From Desulfatiglandales bacterium (GTDB lineage Bacteria > Desulfobacterota > DSM-4660 > Desulfatiglandales > HGW-15), in assembly GCA_963667015.2 (NCBI GenBank), contig CAXXJJ010000004.1, positions 2,016,001-2,080,000 on the forward strand: a stretch of DNA of 64,000 bases, written 5' to 3'. Made by a program: the position numbers and the translations under genes. Below, piece by piece: positions 10,328 to 20,597 of this stretch; the first letter of the stretch is position 1, and each line of letters starts with the position of its first letter. The notes under the pieces are model-generated. The model had not been told where the DNA came from, ran no database searches, and saw only the letters and a list, made by a program, of their open reading frames with translations.

Positions 10328-11125
10328 ATGACAAACAGGATACTCCAGCACGCCATACCAATATCAGTGATATTTGCCCTTATATTATCCATATCTCCAT
10401 TTGCCTGCATGGCATCGGAAACTGTCAAAAATAAAAGCAGTATGGTATTGGGTGTTTACCCCCATGATAAAAATTCCCAGACCGAGGGATTGATTTACCT
10501 TAACGGTTTTATATACGAGGGAACAGGGCCGTGCAAAGACGGGCCTTCAAGCCTGCGAAAAATTGAATTAAAAACCGGTAAAATCCTGCAGTACCTTTCA
10601 TTGCCATCCCCTGTTTTTGGCGAAGGTATTACTGTATTTGGTGACAGGATCATTCAATTAACCTACAAAGCTAAAACCGGTTATGTATACGGTCTTGAAA
10701 AATTCAACCTTATCAGAAAATTCAGCTATGAAACAGAAGGCTGGGGACTTACCAATGATGGAAGATACCTGATAATGAGTGACGGCACATCAACTCTTCA
10801 CTTTATGGATCCGGAGACATTTGAAGAAACAAAAAAGATACAGGTACATGATGATAATGGTGAAGTACGGGCTGTGAATGAACTGGAATATATAAACGGA
10901 TACATATATGCCAATATCTTTTTGACTGACAATATAAAAAAAATATGCCCGGATACTGGAAAAGTTCTGAAAACATTTAGACTGAATCAAATATTAAAAG
11001 GTTATTATAGATCAACCTTTGACGATCCGGCCAACGGGATAGCCTATGACCCTGAAAATGATCATCTGCTGGTTACAGGAAAATACTGGCCATATCTTTT
11101 CAGGATAAAACTCCCAAATGAATAA
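10328..11125 (+). CDS. Glutaminyl-peptide cyclotransferase (type I, beta-propeller), exported
   Basis: N-terminal signal; YPHD..TEGL, FGEGIT, EGWGLT, NELEYI, NGIAYD, TGKYWP. Confidence 0.9.
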   Translation: MTNRILQHAIPISVIFALILSISPFACMASETVKNKSSMVLGVYPHDKNSQTEGLIYLNGFIYEGTGPCKDGPSSLRKIELKTGKILQYLSLPSPVFGEGITVFGDRIIQLTYKAKTGYVYGLEKFNLIRKFSYETEGWGLTNDGRYLIMSDGTSTLHFMDPETFEETKKIQVHDDNGEVRAVNELEYINGYIYANIFLTDNIKKICPDTGKVLKTFRLNQILKGYYRSTFDDPANGIAYDPENDHLLVTGKYWPYLFRIKLPNE

Positions 11126-11182
11126 CATTTATTTAAATCTACATAATACTTGTAATTATCACCGCTTAGTGAAAGGTAAAAA

Positions 11183-11710
11183 ATGCTTTTTGAATTCGAA
11201 GGCAAAAATCCAGCAGCAGGACCGGAAACCTATATAAGTGAACTGGCAAATGTTATAGGTGATGTAAGGATTGGAAAAAACTGCTATATCGGGCATGGTG
11301 CAATCCTGAGGGGGGATTACGGCAAAATAGAGATAGGGGATGGTACTGCAGTGGAAGAAGGTGTAATTATACATGCACCACCCGGAGAACTGTGCAATAT
11401 CAGGAACAAGGTCACGCTGGGTCATGGGGCAATAATCCACTCAAAATATATTGGTGAACTGGCGGTTATAGGGATGGGGGCAATTTTGAGTATAAGATCC
11501 GAGGTCCAGACCCGCAGTATAATTGCCGAAGGCACTGTTGTTAAGCAGAACCAGATTATACCGCCTGAGGTTGTTGCAGCAGGAAATCCTGCAAAGGTTA
11601 TACGGGGAATAAATCAAAGAGATGAAGAACACTGGAATATGGGTAAACAGATGTATATAGACCTTGCAAAACGCTATTTACAGAATCCCATGAGGCCTGT
11701 TTACGGATAG
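11183..11710 (+). CDS. Gamma carbonic anhydrase-like hexapeptide-repeat protein
   Basis: IGDVRIG, LRGD, His ligands (IH, GH, IH), GNPAKVIR. Confidence 0.9.
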   Translation: MLFEFEGKNPAAGPETYISELANVIGDVRIGKNCYIGHGAILRGDYGKIEIGDGTAVEEGVIIHAPPGELCNIRNKVTLGHGAIIHSKYIGELAVIGMGAILSIRSEVQTRSIIAEGTVVKQNQIIPPEVVAAGNPAKVIRGINQRDEEHWNMGKQMYIDLAKRYLQNPMRPVYG

Positions 11711-11738
11711 ATAATACAACTCGGAAAGGAAATGCATA

Positions 11739-12161
11739 ATGATTGAAAATGGCTGGTATACCACACAAACGCGTGTAAGATATAAGGATACCGATCGAAT
11801 GGGTGTGGTATATTACGGGAACTATCTTACATTTTTTGAAGTGGGCAGGGCTGAATATATGAGGGCACTCGGTTACCCATATACAAAACTTGAGGGCAAA
11901 GGTTCTTCCCTTGCAGTTATTGAAGCATCAGCAAAATATCATGCAAACGTCGGCTATGATGAGCTCATCACAGTAAAAACCTCTATTTCCGATATGGGGA
12001 GAGTCCGGCTGCGCTTTGACTACAAGATTTTTTCCGAGGACAACACACTTCTTGTAACAGGTTTTACAGTTCATGCCTGCGTCAGCAATGGCAATAAACC
12101 ATCAAGAATCCCCGAAGATCTCGTCGATGCTGTAAAAATAATGCAGACTACGCAGGGTTAA
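11739..12161 (+). CDS. Acyl-CoA thioesterase, YbgC/FadM (4HBT) family
   Basis: RVRYKDTDRMGVVYYGNYLTFFEVGR. Confidence 0.9.
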   Translation: MIENGWYTTQTRVRYKDTDRMGVVYYGNYLTFFEVGRAEYMRALGYPYTKLEGKGSSLAVIEASAKYHANVGYDELITVKTSISDMGRVRLRFDYKIFSEDNTLLVTGFTVHACVSNGNKPSRIPEDLVDAVKIMQTTQG

Positions 12162-12188
12162 TCCCATTTATAAAATATTGGAGCACAT

Positions 12189-13004
12189 ATGAATTTTATA
12201 GACAAACTGAAGGCAAGGTGGAAATCCTCCAATTCACTCCTGTGCGTCGGCCTTGATCCTGACATGAATAAAATCCCTGAACACATCCGGGAGACGGAAA
12301 AACCCATATTTGAATTCAACCGGATTGTTATTGACTCAACACACGACCTTGTCTGTGCCTACAAGCCTCAGATAGCATACTATTCTGCCTTTGGGGCTGA
12401 AAATGAACTTGCCCTCACAATTGAATATATCGGAAGGAATTATCCTGACATACCGGTAATCCTTGATGCAAAACGAGGAGATATAGGAGCAACCGCCAGG
12501 ATGTATGCAATAGAGGCCTTTGACAGGTACGGGGCAGATGCTGTTACAGTAAATCCTTATATGGGAGGAGACACACTCAAGCCTTTTCTGGACAGGGAGG
12601 ATAATGGCACAGTGATCCTCTGCAGGACTTCAAACCCTGGGGCGAGGGATTTGCAGGATATTGAGTCAGATAATGAAAAAATTTACCGGATAATTGCAAA
12701 ACGCGCTGCATCTGACTGGAACTACAACAGGAATATCATGCTTGTTGTCGGTGCTACATACCCTGAAGAACTGGGGGAGATCAGGGAAATCACAGGCGAG
12801 ATCCCCTTTCTTGTGCCTGGAATAGGCGCACAGGGAGGAGATGTCGAAAAGGCGGTTACAAACGGAAAGACACCTGACGGAACAGGCATGGCTATTAATT
12901 CTTCACGTGGAATAATATATGCGGGAAACGGGAGAGATTTTTCAACCGCGGTCCGAAAGGCCGCCATGGACCTGCGTGATGAAATAAACTTATACAGGCA
13001 ATAA
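12189..13004 (+). CDS. pyrF: Orotidine-5'-phosphate decarboxylase (subfamily 2)
   Basis: LCVGLDPD, DAKRGDIG (DxKxxD), TSNPG, VVGAT, PGIGAQGG, NSSRGI. Confidence 0.96.
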   Translation: MNFIDKLKARWKSSNSLLCVGLDPDMNKIPEHIRETEKPIFEFNRIVIDSTHDLVCAYKPQIAYYSAFGAENELALTIEYIGRNYPDIPVILDAKRGDIGATARMYAIEAFDRYGADAVTVNPYMGGDTLKPFLDREDNGTVILCRTSNPGARDLQDIESDNEKIYRIIAKRAASDWNYNRNIMLVVGATYPEELGEIREITGEIPFLVPGIGAQGGDVEKAVTNGKTPDGTGMAINSSRGIIYAGNGRDFSTAVRKAAMDLRDEINLYRQ

Positions 13005-13020
13005 ATTATTTCGGCAATAT

Positions 13021-13048
13021 GGAACCTTTTTACAGGAAAATTGTCAAA
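13021..13048 (+). promoter_or_regulatory. ECF/sigmaE-type promoter of the sigma gene (autoregulatory)
   Basis: GGAAC-N17-GTCAAA; same motif and spacing found before degP. Confidence 0.75.
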
Positions 13049-13067
13049 TTCAACGAAAGCAGAAAAA

Positions 13068-13658
13068 ATGACCAGCAGCGACAGCCCTGAAAATGATTCT
13101 GATCTCGTATACGCCTTTACCAGGGGAGATCACTCGGCCTTTGAAAAAATTGTTCTAAAATACCAGGACCGGGTGTATAATTTATGCTATCGTTTTCTGG
13201 GTGATAAACAGGAGGCAGAAGATTCTGCACAGGAGGTTTTTATCAAGGTATACAAGGCATTAAAAGGATTTAAGCTTAAATCATCCTTTTATACCTGGCT
13301 TTACAGGATTGTTATTAACACCTGCAAAAACAGGATAAAATCACTTGAATACAGGCGGGCAAAAGCCAGGGTTTCTATCGATGATGATAAGGAGAAGAGA
13401 GATCACAGCATCTCAGGAATTATCGATAAAAACAACCTGCCGGATACAAATCTTGAACAAAAGGAAAAAATTAAAAGGATTCAGCAGGCAATAAACAGTC
13501 TTCCTCCTGACCAGAAAGCAATGGTGATACTTCGCGATATTGAAGGTTTATCCTATGACGAGATCGCAGATATCACAAAAAACAGGCTTGGAACGGTCAA
13601 ATCAAAACTATCCAGGGCCAGGCTGGGTCTAAGGAACAAACTTGAGGGGATAATTTGA
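13068..13658 (+). CDS. rpoE: ECF RNA polymerase sigma factor (RpoE/SigW-like)
   Basis: AEDSAQEVFIK, FYTWLYRIVIN, GLSYDEIA..GTVKSKLSRAR; start moved to ATG 13068 because TTG 13041 lies inside the promoter. Confidence 0.9.
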   Translation: MTSSDSPENDSDLVYAFTRGDHSAFEKIVLKYQDRVYNLCYRFLGDKQEAEDSAQEVFIKVYKALKGFKLKSSFYTWLYRIVINTCKNRIKSLEYRRAKARVSIDDDKEKRDHSISGIIDKNNLPDTNLEQKEKIKRIQQAINSLPPDQKAMVILRDIEGLSYDEIADITKNRLGTVKSKLSRARLGLRNKLEGII

Positions 13659-13659
13659 A

Positions 13660-14430
13660 ATGGAATGTAATAAAATAAAATCTCTCCTTTCGGAATACCT
13701 GGACAGGACACTCCAGAGCGATATCAGCAGGGAAATCAAAGATCACCTGCTGTCATGTAAAGACTGCAGCAATGATTTTTTCCTGATGAAATCAATATCG
13801 GACGAAATTGCCGGACTTGAAAGAATAAAGGCTCCAAATTATCTATTGAACAGGGTAAATCAGGCCATAGCATCTCCCTCATGGCTATCGAAGATATTTG
13901 ATTTCATCCCGGGATCAGGCGGTTTCAAGGTCCCCATGGAGTTTGCCACCTTTGCAACAACAGTAGTGTTAGTCTTTTTAATATTTTCCAATATTAACAT
14001 TGAAAGAAAAAAAAATGTAATGGTAGCAGACTCCGGCAGACAGAACACTGTTATGAGCAAAGAGTCCAGTGGACCGGTTCGGCTCGAATTTATTCCTGAA
14101 GCCGGTACAATATTACAAAGAGTACCTTCGAACACGGGCGACGATGTTGTTTCTGTGACCACAGAACAGGTATCAGATATAAATCCTGACAATCTGGTAT
14201 CAAACATTAATGGAATTGTCCGTCTCGTAGGCGGAGATATAGTTTCAAGAGAATTTGCACGTAACAGCGGAAAAATCGATGCCATTACTGTTCAAATTCC
14301 TCCTCAAAGCTACAGCTCATTTATCAACAGGGTAGAAAAAATGGGACGATTTGATCCCCCTGCACCATCATTACCTCACCAGTATCCTGACCCTGTTCTT
14401 CTTCGTATAAGGTTGAATCTTTCAGAATAG
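13660..14430 (+). CDS. Zinc-binding (ZAS, HxxxCxxC) transmembrane anti-sigma factor
   Basis: CNKIKSLLSEYLD..HLLSCKDC, one TM helix, C-terminal extracytoplasmic domain; directly after the ECF sigma. Confidence 0.88.
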   Translation: MECNKIKSLLSEYLDRTLQSDISREIKDHLLSCKDCSNDFFLMKSISDEIAGLERIKAPNYLLNRVNQAIASPSWLSKIFDFIPGSGGFKVPMEFATFATTVVLVFLIFSNINIERKKNVMVADSGRQNTVMSKESSGPVRLEFIPEAGTILQRVPSNTGDDVVSVTTEQVSDINPDNLVSNINGIVRLVGGDIVSREFARNSGKIDAITVQIPPQSYSSFINRVEKMGRFDPPAPSLPHQYPDPVLLRIRLNLSE

Positions 14431-14504
14431 TAATTATTGTTTTCTATTCTGTATTGCAGGTAATAATTTTTATGTCTTGCCAGTGGGAGCAAAAATATTT
14501 TTAG

Positions 14505-14532
14505 GGAACATTTTTTTAACCGGTTTGTCTAA
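14505..14532 (+). promoter_or_regulatory. ECF/sigmaE-type promoter of degP
   Basis: GGAAC-N17-GTCTAA, 46 nt upstream of the ATG. Confidence 0.75.
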
Positions 14533-14578
14533 TATATCAAATTCAGCAGGCATTAACCTGGAAAGAAGGAGTATAAAA

Positions 14579-16027
14579 ATGGAAAATAAATATAATATAC
14601 AATCATACAGGCTTTTCCTGAAGAAACACGCTGCGAGTGCCATAATTATGGCACTGGTGTCTGTATTGGTTCTTCTGCCTTTTGCATCATCTGCCATAGC
14701 CAAATCAGCACCGGAAAGTTTTTCAGGCCTTGTTAAAAAGGCGAGCCCTTCGGTAGTGTATATCAGCACTAAAAAGATAATCAAACAAAGGTCTCTTTCT
14801 CCGTTCGGGCAAAATGACCCTCTCAGGGATTTATTGGAACAATTTTATGGAAATCGTATCCCCCGGGACATTCCGCAAACCGGTTTAGGTACAGGCTTTA
14901 TAATTGATAAAGAGGGTTATATATTAACCAATAACCATGTTGTGGATTCCGTTGACGAAATTAAGGTCACCCTTGAAGATGAAAGTGTTTTTGAGGCAAA
15001 AATAATTGGACGTGACCCTGAAACCGATATTGCCCTTATAAAAATTGATGACGCCAAAGACCTTAAACCGCTGGAACTTGGTGACTCCGACAATATGGAG
15101 GTTGGCGACTGGGTCGTGGCAATAGGGAATCCATACGGCCTTGGACACACTGTAACTGCGGGTATTGTAAGTGCAAAATTCAGGAACAATGTTATGGGTG
15201 GGACTTTTGATAACTTTATTCAGACAGATGCATCAATTAACCCAGGAAATAGCGGTGGGCCTTTGATGAACATCAATGGTGAGGTAATAGGTATTAACTC
15301 AGCTATTTTTTCCCAGACAGGAGGAAGTGTCGGGATAGGTTTTGCCATTCCAATTAACATGGCAAAGGATATTCTCCCTATGCTCAAAACAGGTAAAATA
15401 TCAAGGGGCTATCTTGGTGTGAACGTTCAGAATATTGACCCCGATTTTAAAGAAAAACTTAACCTAAAAGATGAAAACGGTGCACTTGTAATAAGCGTAT
15501 CTACTGGAGGTCCTTCTGATAAGGCCGGATTAAAAACATATGATGTAATTATTTCATTTGAAGGAAAACCGGTTAAAGACATGAACAATTTAATACGACA
15601 TGTTTCTTCAACACCTGTAGGGACTGATGCGGAAGTAGTGGTTATCAGAAAGGGTGATAAAAAGACATTTCATGTAAAACTTGGCGAGAGACCCGGCTCA
15701 GATGAATATGTGGATGGAAATCAATCCTACAGATTGAACCTTGGAATGGAACTGGAGACCCTGACACCTGAAACAGCAAGGAGATACGGAATATCAGACA
15801 ATGAAGGTCTTCTGGTTCTGGATGTAGATTTCAACTCTCCTGCCGCTGAAGCAGGATTAAGGCAGGGCGATGTAATACTCGAAGTTGACCGTGAAAAAGC
15901 AACAACGGTTGAAGAGTTTGACAAAAAACTGCGGGATTATAAACCAGGGGATAAGGTTCTACTCCTGATGAAACGCAGAAATAATACAATATTAACTACA
16001 CTCAGAATCTGGAAAGACCAGGAATAA
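14579..16027 (+). CDS. degP: DegP/DegQ (HtrA) periplasmic serine protease with two PDZ domains
   Basis: TNNHVV, DIAL, GNSGGP catalytic triad, signal peptide, 2 PDZ; ATG 14579 preceded by AAGGAG. Confidence 0.93.
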   Translation: MENKYNIQSYRLFLKKHAASAIIMALVSVLVLLPFASSAIAKSAPESFSGLVKKASPSVVYISTKKIIKQRSLSPFGQNDPLRDLLEQFYGNRIPRDIPQTGLGTGFIIDKEGYILTNNHVVDSVDEIKVTLEDESVFEAKIIGRDPETDIALIKIDDAKDLKPLELGDSDNMEVGDWVVAIGNPYGLGHTVTAGIVSAKFRNNVMGGTFDNFIQTDASINPGNSGGPLMNINGEVIGINSAIFSQTGGSVGIGFAIPINMAKDILPMLKTGKISRGYLGVNVQNIDPDFKEKLNLKDENGALVISVSTGGPSDKAGLKTYDVIISFEGKPVKDMNNLIRHVSSTPVGTDAEVVVIRKGDKKTFHVKLGERPGSDEYVDGNQSYRLNLGMELETLTPETARRYGISDNEGLLVLDVDFNSPAAEAGLRQGDVILEVDREKATTVEEFDKKLRDYKPGDKVLLLMKRRNNTILTTLRIWKDQE

Positions 16028-16045
16028 CCATATAAATTCCGGAAT

Positions 16046-16089
16046 AAAAACTCCCTCTTTGCCCCTCCTCCCGGCAAAGGGGGTGTTTT
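16046..16089. terminator. Bidirectional intrinsic terminator between degP and aspS
   Basis: AAAAA-CTCCCTCTTTGCC...GGCAAAGGGGGTG-TTTT. Confidence 0.7.
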
Positions 16090-16090
16090 G

Positions 16091-17878
16091 TTATTTCTCT
16101 TTTATTGCAAGGCCAAGTTCTTTTAGCTGATCGTCATCCACCATAGATGGGGCATTGGTAAGCAGACATGATGCACTGGATGTTTTTGGAAAGGCAATGA
16201 CCTCCCTTATAGAATCCACACCCGACATTATAGCCACAAGCCGATCAAATCCAATGGCCATACCTGCATGTGGAGGGGCACCGTATCTGAGAGCTTCCAG
16301 CAGAAAACCGAACTTGCTGTCGGCTTCCTCTTTTGAAATTCCGAGCACATTGAATATCTTCTCCTGCATAGCCATATCATGAATACGGACACTTCCTCCG
16401 CCAACTTCAACACCGTTTAAAACAAGATCATAGGACCTCGACCTTGCCTTGTCCGGGTTTTCATCGAGCAGGAAAACCTCTTCATTAAGGGGCGCAGTAA
16501 AAGGATGATGAATAGCCTGATAGCGGCCCTCATCTTCATCATATTCAACTAAAGGGAATTTAGTCACCCAGAGGAAATCAAACCTGTCTTCAGGTATAAG
16601 ATTCAACCTCCCGGCAATATTGAGTCTTAGCGCTCCCAGGGACTGGTAAACAACACTCGGTTTATCTGCCACTATCAGGAGCAGATCGCCAGTACCGGCA
16701 TCAAGTGTCTCTTCAATGGAGGTCTTTTCCTCATCAGTAAAAAATTTTGCAATGGGTGACTGCCAGGCATCATCATTAACTTTTATCCAGGCAAGTCCTT
16801 TGGCTCCGAATCCTGCAACATAGGCTGATAATTCATCAAGTATCTTTCTGGAGAAATCTGATACGGCACCCTTTACATTAATAGCCTTTACAACTCCACC
16901 ATTTTCTACAGCGCCTTTAAAGACCTTGAAACCACAGCCTGCAGCAATACCTGAAATATCCTTCAGTTCCATACCAAATCTGGTATCAGGCCGGTCGGTT
17001 CCAAACCTTTCCATTGCCTCGCTGTATTCCATATGGGGTATGGGATCAACAATATCCCTGTCAAGGATATCTTTAAAAAGCTTTTTTACCATTCCCTCAA
17101 AGACATTCATCACATCATCTTCATTTGCAAAGGACATCTCAAGGTCAACCTGCGTAAACTCCGGCTGCCTGTCAGCACGCAGGTCTTCATCCCTGAAACA
17201 TCTTACTATCTGATAATATTTTTCAAAACCCGCAACCATTAAAAGCTGCTTGAACAACTGCGGTGACTGGGGAAGTGCATAAAACATTCCCTCACTAACC
17301 CTGCTTGGCACAAGGTAATCCCTGGCGCCTTCCGGAGTACTCTTTGTAAGTATGGGAGTTTCCACCTCGAGAAATCCCCTTGTATTTAGATATTCCCTTA
17401 TGCAGGCCGCCATCATGTGGCGTCTTTTAAAATTCCGAAATATTTTCGGTCGTCTCAGTTCAAGGTAACGATATTTGAGCCGGAGTGTTTCAGAAGCGTC
17501 CACAGCACCGTCAACCTGAAAAGGAGGGACCTCAGTCTTATTCAGTATTTTTAGTTCCTTTACCACAATCTCAATCGCGCCTGTGGGCATATTTTCATTT
17601 TCCTGCCCTTCAAGACGTTTTGTTACAACTCCCTTTACTGCAATAACCCATTCATTCCTTAAAACATGGGCCTTTTCATGGCTTTGTTTTTCTGCCTGGG
17701 GGTCAAAAACAATCTGGGTGATACCATCCCTGTCTCTTAAATCAATAAATATCAGGTTACCGAAATCACGCCTGCTGTTGACCCAGCCCATTAACAGAAC
17801 TTCTTTTCTTTCATCTTCTATTCTCAGACTTCCGCAGTCATGAGTTCTTTTCCAATTTTCAAGTGTGTCTATTACCAT
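16091..17878 (-). CDS. aspS: Aspartate--tRNA ligase
   Basis: RTHDCG, FIDLRD, PEGARDY, QSPQLFKQ, FRDEDLRADRQPEF, GAPPHAG..GFDR. Confidence 0.98.
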   Translation of the reverse strand: MVIDTLENWKRTHDCGSLRIEDERKEVLLMGWVNSRRDFGNLIFIDLRDRDGITQIVFDPQAEKQSHEKAHVLRNEWVIAVKGVVTKRLEGQENENMPTGAIEIVVKELKILNKTEVPPFQVDGAVDASETLRLKYRYLELRRPKIFRNFKRRHMMAACIREYLNTRGFLEVETPILTKSTPEGARDYLVPSRVSEGMFYALPQSPQLFKQLLMVAGFEKYYQIVRCFRDEDLRADRQPEFTQVDLEMSFANEDDVMNVFEGMVKKLFKDILDRDIVDPIPHMEYSEAMERFGTDRPDTRFGMELKDISGIAAGCGFKVFKGAVENGGVVKAINVKGAVSDFSRKILDELSAYVAGFGAKGLAWIKVNDDAWQSPIAKFFTDEEKTSIEETLDAGTGDLLLIVADKPSVVYQSLGALRLNIAGRLNLIPEDRFDFLWVTKFPLVEYDEDEGRYQAIHHPFTAPLNEEVFLLDENPDKARSRSYDLVLNGVEVGGGSVRIHDMAMQEKIFNVLGISKEEADSKFGFLLEALRYGAPPHAGMAIGFDRLVAIMSGVDSIREVIAFPKTSSASCLLTNAPSMVDDDQLKELGLAIKEK

Positions 17879-17907
17879 AATATCACCCTGTTCTTTTCAG
17901 GCCATAG

Positions 17908-19164
17908 TTATAAAATTATTTTTATGAGATTTTCTATAAGGCTATCAATGGGAATATCAATCTGTTCCTTTGTTTCCATATTCCTCAATACAACCTGTCC
18001 TTTTGAAAGCTCATCTTCACCTACAATCAAGACCCTTTTTGCATTAAGTTTGTCAGCTTTCTTCATCTGAGCCTTCATACTTTTTGTTTCATACTCAAAC
18101 TCCACGGATATGCCTTCTCTTCTGAGACGGTTAGACCACAAAAAGGTCCTGTTGAAAGCATCATCTCCCAGGGCGACAATAAACAGGTCGGGGACATCCG
18201 GTAAAATTTTTCTTTCCTCTTCCAGTAGGGCAACAAGACGTTCAAAACCGATGGCAAATCCCATTCCACTGTGTTCAGGACCATCCAACTGGCTTATCAG
18301 GCCATCATACCTGCCGCCTCCGGCAACAGCATTCTGGGTTCCAAGTTTATCCGTCTGGATCTCAAAAGTTGTCCGCGAATAGTAATCAAGTCCTCTTACA
18401 AGGCTGTGATTCACGGTATATGGAATATTAAAGCCGTCCAGATACTGCTTTAAAAGAGTAAAATGCTCCTTACAGTCATCACATATATGATCAATTATGA
18501 TCGGGGCATCAACCATGACTTGTTTACATAACTCCACCTTGCAGTCAAACACTCTCAGCGGATTAAGGTCCGCCCGATTCCGGCATTCACTGCAAAGGGA
18601 TTCTGATTTATCCGAAAGAAATTCCTTGAGTTTGGTTTTAAATTCTCCCCTGCATGACGTACACCCAAGAGAGTTGATATTAAGTGTAACACCTGTAAGA
18701 CCAACCTTTTCAAAAATGCGCATGGCCATATTAATAAGATCAGCATCAGATCCTGGCCCTGAATCACCGAAAATCTCGGCATTTATCTGGTGAAACTGTC
18801 TGAACCTTCCCTTCTGTGGTCTTTCATGCCTGAACATCGGTCCGATTGAATAAAGCTTCTGCACAGGGTTGGAATTATAAAGCCTGTTCTGAATATATGC
18901 TCTTACGACGGAAGCCGTAGCTTCGGGTCTCAGGGTTTGTTTTCTTCCTTTACTGTCTTCAAGCGTGTACATCTCCTTGGATACAATATCCGTCTCCTGA
19001 CCGATTCCCCGGCTGAACAATTCTGTCCACTCAAGCAGAGGGGTTCTGATTTCTTTGTATCCAAATACCCGAAAGACCTCGCGGGCATTTTTTTCAATCC
19101 ACTGCCACATAGCGGTTTCTTCGGGCAGTATATCTTTAAATCCTTTTATTGTACTGATACTCAT
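17908..19164 (-). CDS. hisS: Histidine--tRNA ligase
   Basis: LRPEATAS, FRHERPQKGRFRQF, LVRGLDYY, GGGRYDGL, GFAIGFER. Confidence 0.98.
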   Translation of the reverse strand: MSISTIKGFKDILPEETAMWQWIEKNAREVFRVFGYKEIRTPLLEWTELFSRGIGQETDIVSKEMYTLEDSKGRKQTLRPEATASVVRAYIQNRLYNSNPVQKLYSIGPMFRHERPQKGRFRQFHQINAEIFGDSGPGSDADLINMAMRIFEKVGLTGVTLNINSLGCTSCRGEFKTKLKEFLSDKSESLCSECRNRADLNPLRVFDCKVELCKQVMVDAPIIIDHICDDCKEHFTLLKQYLDGFNIPYTVNHSLVRGLDYYSRTTFEIQTDKLGTQNAVAGGGRYDGLISQLDGPEHSGMGFAIGFERLVALLEEERKILPDVPDLFIVALGDDAFNRTFLWSNRLRREGISVEFEYETKSMKAQMKKADKLNAKRVLIVGEDELSKGQVVLRNMETKEQIDIPIDSLIENLIKIIL

Positions 19165-19184
19165 TATATATTTATCCCTTTAAT

Positions 19185-20561
19185 TCATATATGTTTTAAA
19201 GGACCTTTTCCAATGGCAAAGACATTAAAACCAATGTCAAAAAGATTTTTATGGTCCAGGATGTTTCTTCCGTCAAAAATAAACGCTGGTTTTTCCATTG
19301 AATCATATATGCGTTTATAGTCAAGGTCTTTATAAATATTCCATTCAGTCAGGATCGCAACAGCATGACTGTCTTCTGTTGCCTTATAAGGATCTTCTTC
19401 ATAATGTACATAATCACTGATATCTTCAAGATCCTTTCTGGCATTATCCAAGGCTTTGGGATCTGAAACCGTAACCATGGCATGTTCTTCAGCCAGCCCC
19501 TTTGCTATATAGATAGCAGGCGATTCCCTTGTATCCCCGGTATTGGCCTTAAAGGCAAACCCAAGCAAAGCAATCTTTTTCCCTGCTACAGTATTAAACA
19601 TGTTTGCAAGCATGGTCTGTACAAACCTTTTTTCCTGCCATTCATTAATTTTTACAACAGATTCCCAGTAATCGGCGACTTCATCAAGACCGTAATTACG
19701 GCAGATATAAACAAGGTTCAGTATATCCTTTTTAAAACATGATCCTCCAAAACCCACGCTTGATTTTAAAAATTTATTACCTATCCTGGAATCCGTACCG
19801 ATTGCATAGGCAACCTCTTCTATATCGGCTTCCGTCTTTTCACAGAGGGCAGAGAGTGAGTTGATTGATGATACACGCTGGGCAAGGAAGGCATTTGCAG
19901 TCAGTTTTGAGAGCTCGGCACTCCAGACATTTGATTCAATGATCTTGTCGCGTGGAACCCAGTTTGCATAAATCTCCACCACTTCTTTCCTGGCCCGTAT
20001 TCCCTCTTCAGTCTCCCTGGAACCAATTAGGACCCGGTCAGGTGCCTCAAGATCCTTTATTGCAGTACCTTCAGCGAGGAACTCGGGATTGGAAAGCACC
20101 TCAAAATTTATACCTTTGCTGTTACTATTCAGGATTCTTTCCATTGCCCTCGCGGTTCTTATTGGAAGCGTGGACTTTTCAATGATTATTTTACCCCTTT
20201 CCGAGTTAGCCAGTATCTGCCTGGCTGTCTTTTCCCAGTACTGAAGGTCAGCAGCCATTCCCGCGCCCTGCCCGAATGTCTTTGTTGGGGTATTAACTGA
20301 TACAAAAATAATATCAGCCTCTTTTATATTCCGGTCAATCTCGGTTGAGAAAAAGAGGTTCCTTTCCCTTGCTTCTTTTACCACTTCAAACAGGCCAGGC
20401 TCATATATGGGCAGGTTGTCACTCTGCCACTCCTGAATACGCTGTTCATTTATATCAACTACTGTAACCTTATATTGCGGGCACTTTAAGGCTATCATTG
20501 CCATGGTAGGACCACCAACATAACCGGCCCCTATGCACAGTATCTTCTTTTCAAAGTCCAT
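19185..20561 (-). CDS. ugd: UDP-glucose 6-dehydrogenase
   Basis: [50 protein letters not shown]. Confidence 0.95.
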   Translation of the reverse strand: MDFEKKILCIGAGYVGGPTMAMIALKCPQYKVTVVDINEQRIQEWQSDNLPIYEPGLFEVVKEARERNLFFSTEIDRNIKEADIIFVSVNTPTKTFGQGAGMAADLQYWEKTARQILANSERGKIIIEKSTLPIRTARAMERILNSNSKGINFEVLSNPEFLAEGTAIKDLEAPDRVLIGSRETEEGIRARKEVVEIYANWVPRDKIIESNVWSAELSKLTANAFLAQRVSSINSLSALCEKTEADIEEVAYAIGTDSRIGNKFLKSSVGFGGSCFKKDILNLVYICRNYGLDEVADYWESVVKINEWQEKRFVQTMLANMFNTVAGKKIALLGFAFKANTGDTRESPAIYIAKGLAEEHAMVTVSDPKALDNARKDLEDISDYVHYEEDPYKATEDSHAVAILTEWNIYKDLDYKRIYDSMEKPAFIFDGRNILDHKNLFDIGFNVFAIGKGPLKHI

Positions 20562-20597
20562 TTCATTCCTCTGGTTACATTTTATATTATCGCTCAG

